The notes below the pieces were generated by a model. The model was given only the letters and a program-made list of their open reading frames with translations, was not told the origin of the DNA and ran no database searches. Below are positions 58,240 to 64,000 of a DNA stretch of 64,000 bases, in pieces (position 1 is the first letter of the stretch; every line of letters starts with the position of its first letter). The translations under genes and the position numbers were made by a program. The stretch lies in the IMG/VR virus record IMGVR_UViG_3300020188_000808, positions 124,001 through 188,000 of that record; one strand, given 5' to 3'.

Positions 58240-58819
58240 GACCAGCCGCCTTCTTTGCTGGTGCTAGTTCGTCTGCTTGTTTACGTAGGTCTGTAGCTTC
58301 TTTAAACAGTCTATCGGCATCTGCTCTTAGATTTTTAGCTAGGTCAGCGTCCGAAAGTGGAGCATCTCCTGGTGCTACTGTTGGCGCTGTAGGCTCTGCA
58401 ATTTTTGACGCACTAGCAACTTCTGTAACTGAACTTCCACCTACTGCTAGGTCTGAAATACTAACACCTTTTTGCTCTGCAATAATTTTATTTAATTCTG
58501 CTAGATTAATGTTAGTTGAGTTATCAGGAGTCATAGTAATGTCTTTAGTTGCGATTTTTGTCAACTTACCTTTACTATGAAAAGCTGGTAACATAGTGCT
58601 ACCATCTTGTAGTTGTGTTCTTTGCATAGCATCAGCTAATTCTTCAGCTACTTGACCTGTATTACTTTCAATAAGATTCATTAAGACATCGTGGTCTTGA
58701 TCTTTTAAGTTTTCTGTTTGTACTACTAAACAATGTTCTGCATCGTTTGGTAATGTTCTGAATGCAACAGCAACTTTACGTCCTGTCTTTTCAATTCTTC
58801 CAATGTGTTTTAACGCCAT
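58226..58819 (-). CDS. Hypothetical phage protein (C-terminal coiled coil)
   Basis: 197 aa, AGGAG RBS. Confidence 0.65.
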   Translation of the reverse strand: MALKHIGRIEKTGRKVAVAFRTLPNDAEHCLVVQTENLKDQDHDVLMNLIESNTGQVAEELADAMQRTQLQDGSTMLPAFHSKGKLTKIATKDITMTPDNSTNINLAELNKIIAEQKGVSISDLAVGGSSVTEVASASKIAEPTAPTVAPGDAPLSDADLAKNLRADADRLFKEATDLRKQADELAPAKKAAGRGKS

Positions 58820-58830
58820 ATTATTTCTCC

Positions 58831-59184
58831 TTAGGCTCCTAATACTGCACTTGCATCAGCTGGTGATACTGGTGTATCTTTTGCTGGTGTTGCAGGCATA
58901 GTAGGTGCATTAGCCGATTCGGCTACTTGTTGATTTTGTACCGTTGTTAGGAATACATCTAATTTATTAAATGTTTTTCCAACTGCTTCTAGTTCGTTAG
59001 CTTTAAATGCTCCACGACTTTGTGCAACTTCGATAATAGTTTTTAAAACGCCTAGGTCCTGTACAGTTAATTCTGCCGCGGCCTGAGCTCCTGTTGGTGC
59101 ACCACCCTGTGGCATAGGTGCTTGGCCTGCGCCATCTTTTCCTACTGTAGGGGTTGATGCAACTTTTGTTGTATCATTTGACAT
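58831..59184 (-). CDS. Hypothetical phage protein (helical core with disordered A/P/T-rich ends)
   Basis: 117 aa, AGGAG RBS; GTAAATA late-like motif at 59238-59244. Confidence 0.65.
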   Translation of the reverse strand: MSNDTTKVASTPTVGKDGAGQAPMPQGGAPTGAQAAAELTVQDLGVLKTIIEVAQSRGAFKANELEAVGKTFNKLDVFLTTVQNQQVAESANAPTMPATPAKDTPVSPADASAVLGA

Positions 59185-59254
59185 TTATATTCTCCTTGTT
59201 TTGATCATAACAAGCATATTAATCTATATGCTATTATTATTTACTTGTTGATAC

Positions 59255-59545
59255 TTAGTTGTACTTTAAATGTGGACAAGCCAACATGAAATAACTTAAC
59301 TCTCGATGTTGTTCAAATCCAATTCTTATACACCGATTATATGCACTATCTGGATTATCAGATAGCACTATAGTTTTTCCAATATAAAATCGGCCTTTTA
59401 GATTGGTCTTAATCCATTTACGGATTGAATCTTCCATATTATATTTTGGTGTTAGATTACAAAACTCAAAATGCTTTGGTGCTGATTTTGTTTCTCGAAC
59501 ATCAAAAAAGTCTAAGGCGTTGGGTGTATTTTTCTTATCCAGCAC
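59255..59545 (-). CDS. Hypothetical phage protein
   Basis: 96 aa, GTG start coupled to the upstream stop. Confidence 0.55.
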   Translation of the reverse strand: MLDKKNTPNALDFFDVRETKSAPKHFEFCNLTPKYNMEDSIRKWIKTNLKGRFYIGKTIVLSDNPDSAYNRCIRIGFEQHRELSYFMLACPHLKYN

Positions 59546-60813
59546 TATTTTCCTTTTTCGTAATGTGCAGTAACACCAAATGGCGCCTGCATATTCTTAT
59601 CATGATAGCTATGTACAATAAAGATAGTATCACAATAATCTTCATCACCCCAGCTATCCCAAGGATAACCATCAGTGAACATAATGAACTTCTTAGGAAC
59701 AATATCATTTTCTTTCATGTATTCCCAGTTAGCATTAAAGTCAGTACCGCCGCCACCAATAACTTTATATTCACGTAAGTTACTAGGCGAATCTGCACTA
59801 AAGTCTTCTTCACCATATACGGCTGTATCAAAGCACCATAGTTTAATTTTATAGTCTTGATACTCATCCATAATACCTTGTACTTCGCTTAAGAAGTCAG
59901 TTGCTTGATCGTCACCAATTGAACCTGACATGTCAATAGCAATACAAAGATCAACAGTATCTTGGAAGTTCATACCTGGAAGTATTGCACCAGTATGCCA
60001 ACCTTTACGTGAAGGACGAGCAAAAGTAAAATCATTACGGATAGTACTTTCAATCTGTTGTCTAAGTAACTCTCTCCAAGACATTTTAGGCTCAGTAAGA
60101 TCCTTAATCATACGTTCTACTTCTTTAGGAACATTACCAGCACCTGCCGCCTGTGCCGCAGACATCATGTTCTCTTTAATTTCATCACGTATTTTAGCAA
60201 GTTCTTCTTTTGAATAACTAGGCTTATTGCTTTTACTTTTACCTTTACCTGTTTTAGGTTGTCCTGGGGTATTACCTTTCTCCCAATCAACGTGTTCGTC
60301 AAGTAACTTACCTAATTGATCTAATTCTTCTTGATCATACTTTTCAAAGATGTCATCATATACAGCCTCTGAAGACCAACCATCATATTTAAAGTCTTGG
60401 AAAATTGGAATGTCTTTAGGCTTATCTCCAATACGATCACGTACTAGTGTATTGTTTACAATATAGTCTGCCGCAATATTATGTATTTGCGGATCTCTAT
60501 CTTCTCTACGTGTCATGTGATCAAATACACAATGAAGTATTTCATGTGCAATTACAAATTCTATTTCTTTATTAGACATCTTAGCAAAGAACGGAACACT
60601 ATAAAATAGGTGTCTACCATCTGTGGCCGCAGTTGGACACCAATCACTTGCTTCTTTAATAATAAGCCTTGTAGCCATATTACCAAAAAATGGGTGACGT
60701 AGTAACAAGCCAACTCTAGCTACAATAATTCTGTCCAAAACTTCTGCACGAAGTTCGTCAGTTATTTCTATTTCTGGAGTTTCTGTTTCTAGTTCTAATA
60801 CGTCTGTTGCCAT
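59545..60813 (-). CDS. Metallopeptidase-like plus vWA domain protein (DUF2201-type), partner of the AAA ATPase
   Basis: PTAATDG, HEILH zinc motif, vWA MIDAS DMSGS, GGGTDF, FTDG. Confidence 0.85.
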   Translation of the reverse strand: MATDVLELETETPEIEITDELRAEVLDRIIVARVGLLLRHPFFGNMATRLIIKEASDWCPTAATDGRHLFYSVPFFAKMSNKEIEFVIAHEILHCVFDHMTRREDRDPQIHNIAADYIVNNTLVRDRIGDKPKDIPIFQDFKYDGWSSEAVYDDIFEKYDQEELDQLGKLLDEHVDWEKGNTPGQPKTGKGKSKSNKPSYSKEELAKIRDEIKENMMSAAQAAGAGNVPKEVERMIKDLTEPKMSWRELLRQQIESTIRNDFTFARPSRKGWHTGAILPGMNFQDTVDLCIAIDMSGSIGDDQATDFLSEVQGIMDEYQDYKIKLWCFDTAVYGEEDFSADSPSNLREYKVIGGGGTDFNANWEYMKENDIVPKKFIMFTDGYPWDSWGDEDYCDTIFIVHSYHDKNMQAPFGVTAHYEKGK

Positions 60814-60841
60814 GTGCCTATTCCTTATTGTTTATACTTAC

Positions 60842-60870
60842 AGTATACACTATTTAATTGAGTTTGTCAA
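60842..60870 (-). promoter_or_regulatory. Sigma70-like early promoter TTGACA-N17-TATACT
   Basis: -35 at 60870-60865 and -10 at 60847-60842 with 17-nt spacer, upstream of 60813. Confidence 0.75.
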
Positions 60871-60872
60871 CC

Positions 60873-60911
60873 AAATAAAAAGGGTAGAATACCAAAAGAT
60901 ATCCTACCCTT
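60873..60911 (-). terminator. Rho-independent terminator after the AAA ATPase gene
   Basis: Minus-strand stem AAGGGTAGGATA / TATTCTACCCTT (12 bp, one G-U), 8-nt loop, then a U-rich tail. Confidence 0.75.
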
Positions 60912-60916
60912 ATCAG

Positions 60917-62002
60917 TTAACTAGCCTGTGCGGCAGTAATGTACTTACCGTACTTTTCATGGAACTCATCAAAACACTCAACTTCATCTGGATCGATTGG
61001 AAGTTGATATTGTGTTAGACCTAATTTGATACCCATAACTACTAGCTCAGTATCAAAATTGTCCATTGAGAACCTTAAGAAATTATTGACCATTTCGTCA
61101 AACTTCTTATTGCCTTTGTCGTTAGCTTCTTTAAGTTCGTAACATAAAGATACAGTCAAGGAATACATGGCACTGATTTCTCGTGTATCTAATGTTTTTA
61201 CTTTACCTGCGAGTACGTCACTCGGGTTAGGTAACTTAGATGAAACTTTACGATGGGCCATGAACTTTACTGCCAGGCCTTCGCCAACTGAACCACTAAC
61301 TAAATCAGTAGTGGTTGTCTCGTCATCATCATCCTCTAGTAGTTCGGATACAAATGACCAAGAACGAGGTGTAGCAAACGAACGACTTGGACTTTTTGGA
61401 TCAAAGTCATACAAGTCCTTCTTGCTAAATGTTAAGTAACCAACAACATCTTGGTGGATATCATTGTTTACTGCCCACTGGAACCAATCGTCAAAATCAA
61501 CTTTAAGTTCTAAGTGAACAAATCTATTTGCTAACGGTGCTGGCATTCTGTATGTAACACCCTTATCAGCATCTCTGTTACCAGCCGCTACAATAAGAAC
61601 GTTATCAGGTAGTACATAAGTACCAACCTTACGGTTAAGAATTAATTGATAAGCCGCCGCCTGTACAGCCGGTGCCGCAGAGTTCATTTCGTCTAAGAAC
61701 AATACAATAAATTTATGTTTCTTAGCAAACTCTTGAGTTGGCAATTCTTGTGGCGGTGCCCATTGCATTGTATTATCGTTTGAACTATAATACGGAATGC
61801 CTTTAATGTCTGTTGGATCCCATAGTGACAAACGAATGTCAATCATGTGTGCATCAATCTCTGACGCAACCTGTCCAACGATGTCCGATTTACCAATACC
61901 TGGTGCTCCCCAGATAAACAAAGGACGTTTCTTTTTAAATGCTCTAACAATGCTCTTCTTTGCATTATTAGGACTTACTGTTCTAATTGCAATGTTTTCC
62001 AT
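60917..62002 (-). CDS. MoxR-like AAA+ ATPase
   Basis: Walker A GAPGIGKS, Walker B LFLDEMN, AAGNR, LANRF, TPRSW; ATG at 62002 has a GAGGA RBS (track 62068). Confidence 0.85.
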   Translation of the reverse strand: MENIAIRTVSPNNAKKSIVRAFKKKRPLFIWGAPGIGKSDIVGQVASEIDAHMIDIRLSLWDPTDIKGIPYYSSNDNTMQWAPPQELPTQEFAKKHKFIVLFLDEMNSAAPAVQAAAYQLILNRKVGTYVLPDNVLIVAAGNRDADKGVTYRMPAPLANRFVHLELKVDFDDWFQWAVNNDIHQDVVGYLTFSKKDLYDFDPKSPSRSFATPRSWSFVSELLEDDDDETTTTDLVSGSVGEGLAVKFMAHRKVSSKLPNPSDVLAGKVKTLDTREISAMYSLTVSLCYELKEANDKGNKKFDEMVNNFLRFSMDNFDTELVVMGIKLGLTQYQLPIDPDEVECFDEFHEKYGKYITAAQAS

Positions 62003-62058
62003 TTTGTATTCCTCTTTCTGTTTGTTCAGTGCCATACTTAATTTCTTAGTATGTATAT

Positions 62059-62087
62059 ATAATAGCACCTCTTTATCAAAAGGTCAA
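62059..62087 (-). promoter_or_regulatory. Sigma70-like early promoter TTGACC-N17-TATTAT with extended -10 TG
   Basis: -35 at 62087-62082 and -10 at 62064-62059 with 17-nt spacer, in the intergenic gap. Confidence 0.7.
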
Positions 62088-62128
62088 CCAGAAAACGCAG
62101 TTTTTTTAAGAAAAAATATGTAGTAATA

Positions 62129-62518
62129 TCAAGGGGTTAGTTCTTCATCTGTCCGTTTTAGGGCTTTAGCTAGTCCATATTTACGGACATCTCCACTAAA
62201 CAGATGTAATTCCATGCTCTTTTTTTCACTTGTAACTGTAATATGCTTGTTAGTTACATAGTATGGACAATCAATAAACTTATCTAAGAACAGTATAATT
62301 TGGGTAGTTATTTTAAATTCGGGAGGAAATGGTATTTCGTAAGTAACTAATTCTAATTGGTCTGTAATAAACATCATGCCTTCGTCAGTTAGACGTAACC
62401 CGCCAACTGCTCTAGTGTTTTGCCACCATAAAGGCATATATTCTTTTAACGTACTATCATTAATACTAATGTTGGCTTGTTTTAAGAACACCTTGGTATA
62501 GGTTTCTTTCCAGTTCAT
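62129..62518 (-). CDS. Hypothetical phage protein
   Basis: 129-aa ORF in a tightly packed minus-strand run. Confidence 0.6.
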   Translation of the reverse strand: MNWKETYTKVFLKQANISINDSTLKEYMPLWWQNTRAVGGLRLTDEGMMFITDQLELVTYEIPFPPEFKITTQIILFLDKFIDCPYYVTNKHITVTSEKKSMELHLFSGDVRKYGLAKALKRTDEELTP

Positions 62519-62519
62519 T

Positions 62520-62810
62520 CTATTCTTCTTCTACTACTGGTCCGGTAGTTAACTTTACAACAGTAAACTCTTTAGTTGTAAATAATTCGTTTAATTTACT
62601 TGCTAAGTTGTGTGCATGACCAGGATTACTGAAACTAACTTTTTTATATTTAGGCCCAGGATAATTAGTTAATGAATTTAAACTTTTTAAGTTAAAAGGA
62701 TTACCTTGATAGAATACTGCCCAAATAGCCTCAGCGGCTAGAATCTGCTCGCTTCTATAAGACTTTTTGTCTGTATATTCTAATAAAATATTTGGTTTTG
62801 GTCTACTCAT
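62520..62810 (-). CDS. Hypothetical phage protein
   Basis: 96 aa, GGGAG RBS, ATAAATA at 62830-62836. Confidence 0.65.
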   Translation of the reverse strand: MSRPKPNILLEYTDKKSYRSEQILAAEAIWAVFYQGNPFNLKSLNSLTNYPGPKYKKVSFSNPGHAHNLASKLNELFTTKEFTVVKLTTGPVVEEE

Positions 62811-62829
62811 TTATTATCTTCTCCCATAG

Positions 62830-62836
62830 TATTTAT
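62830..62836 (-). promoter_or_regulatory. T4-late-like promoter ATAAATA
   Basis: GATAAATA on the minus strand just upstream of the RBS of 62810. Confidence 0.5.
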
Positions 62837-62869
62837 CCAAAAAGGAGAGTTAAATGCGTAGTTTATTAG

Positions 62870-63115
62870 TTACTTCCAGCCTTGTCCGCCGCCGTCTACA
62901 GTTACATTAATAACTTCTTCAGCGTTCTTTTCTTGGTGTACTAGAGCTTCTAAATCGCCGTGTAAGCGACTCATTACACTACCGATAGTAAATGCTAAGT
63001 TCTTAGCATCTCTAATGTTTAATGTAATGTCTTTTAGTTGCTGGTTATCAGCAGTCTTAACTCGGTCAATAAACTGCTGTAATGGAATTGTATTTAATGG
63101 ATTAACGGTTGGCAC
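62870..63115 (-). CDS. Hypothetical phage protein
   Basis: 81 aa, GTG start with AGGAG RBS. Confidence 0.55.
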   Translation of the reverse strand: MPTVNPLNTIPLQQFIDRVKTADNQQLKDITLNIRDAKNLAFTIGSVMSRLHGDLEALVHQEKNAEEVINVTVDGGGQGWK

Positions 63116-63584
63116 GTGATAACTCCTGTCTCATTTCAATCTCTGTTTTGAATGGACCTTTATATTCATAAGTTTCTAACGTTACTAGTTTTGGGCAAAA
63201 ACTTTTGACCCAACCCTTATCAAAGTGAATACAAAAATAACCTGCACAATACAAGCTCTTTGATTTTTTACTTTTTGTAAATAACCCAAACTTACGTTTT
63301 ACATCAAACATACTGTTGTAAGGAATAGTACTAGTTGGCAGATTATAAATTTCTTTTGAAATATTTTTCTTTGCTTCACTAACGTCTGATTTATTCCAAA
63401 GTAGAGAACCTAAATTCTTTTCAACAATACTTTTTGTATCATACATATATGTTCCAGTGTCGCAACTATACATATATTTGTTATCAGCATCACGTGATAG
63501 TGTGCCTTTCTTTTCATTTGAGTCTGTATCTTCAATAATCCAGAACTTGTTTTTTAATATTTCGTTTGCTTTTAGTTTTGTCAT
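63102..63584 (-). CDS. Hypothetical phage protein
   Basis: 160 aa, coupled to the exonuclease stop codon. Confidence 0.6.
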   Translation of the reverse strand: MTKLKANEILKNKFWIIEDTDSNEKKGTLSRDADNKYMYSCDTGTYMYDTKSIVEKNLGSLLWNKSDVSEAKKNISKEIYNLPTSTIPYNSMFDVKRKFGLFTKSKKSKSLYCAGYFCIHFDKGWVKSFCPKLVTLETYEYKGPFKTEIEMRQELSRANR

Positions 63585-64000
63585 TTTACCGGATACCTCG
63601 CTTGTAATGGTTTTGAATATGCTTGTGCATTATCAGAAATTCGTTGCATATCATATAATGCACAAAATTTCATAAGACGCAACCCAACCTGTGAAATATT
63701 TTTAGGTTGTGCATTTTCGTTAATAGTATTAGAAATCTTTTCTTTAATGTTTTCAGGCTGTGCAGTTAGGTCGCATAGTACAACATTACGTTGATAGTCA
63801 TCTAGTACACGATGCTCTTCACCGTTATGATCAACCCAACGTTGCAACATTATATTATTCCAGTTGTAACCTTTTGTGTCTTTGTCTGCATATGCTTCTT
63901 GCAATCCAACTTTGTTCTTTGTACCTTTTTTACGTACACCTGGATATGCACTAAACACATTATCACTAGTGTCGCCTCGCATACATTTTTCAAACAGCAT
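63581..64000 (-). CDS. 5'-3' exonuclease / T4 RNase H-like protein, C-terminal part (5'-truncated by window)
   Basis: 'RGDTSDNV..AYPGVRKK' helix-hairpin motif and 'YQRNVVLCDL' of FEN/T4 RNase H family. Confidence 0.75.
   Translation of the reverse strand: MLFEKCMRGDTSDNVFSAYPGVRKKGTKNKVGLQEAYADKDTKGYNWNNIMLQRWVDHNGEEHRVLDDYQRNVVLCDLTAQPENIKEKISNTINENAQPKNISQVGLRLMKFCALYDMQRISDNAQAYSKPLQARYPVK

Noticed and set aside
1-64000. tRNA, rRNA, CRISPR array, integrase or transposase
   Set aside because: Intergenic gaps are short (mostly under 100 bp) and show no cloverleaf, spaced repeats or recombinase motifs.

Overview
AT-rich, densely coding segment of a large tailed (myovirus-like, probably jumbo) phage genome; standard genetic code, no rRNA/tRNA/CRISPR seen. 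(1) 1-22.3 kb, + strand: baseplate/tail module, including a 4937-aa multidomain structural protein and three paralogous fibre proteins. (2) 22.3-56.5 kb: a gap-free ~34-kb island of ~41 genes, mostly tailoring enzymes: 9 radical SAM proteins with Cys-rich SPASM/twitch-like domains, 7 Asp/Asn-beta-hydroxylase-like 2OG-Fe(II) oxygenases, 4 GT-A glycosyltransferases, a nucleotide-sugar dehydrogenase, 2 SGNH proteins, methyltransferase-like proteins, an SDR, a mini-kinase, a CX5R phosphatase, a short flavin halogenase, a minimal adenylation enzyme plus GNAT, a thioredoxin lacking CxxC, 3 beta-propellers and a tail-fibre-like fragment. The island sits between fibre genes and carries T4-late-like ATAAATA promoters. 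It is the best candidate for an undescribed system, most plausibly virion or glycan decoration (inference). (3) 56.5-64 kb, - strand: a tail fibre, conserved hypotheticals, a MoxR-like AAA ATPase with a metallopeptidase/vWA partner, and the 3' end of a 5'-3' exonuclease/RNase H. Genome-wide signal: GCWGC appears to be purged; every Ala-Ala pair I checked is GCG/GCC-GCN. All family calls are from motifs read by eye, with no database search.
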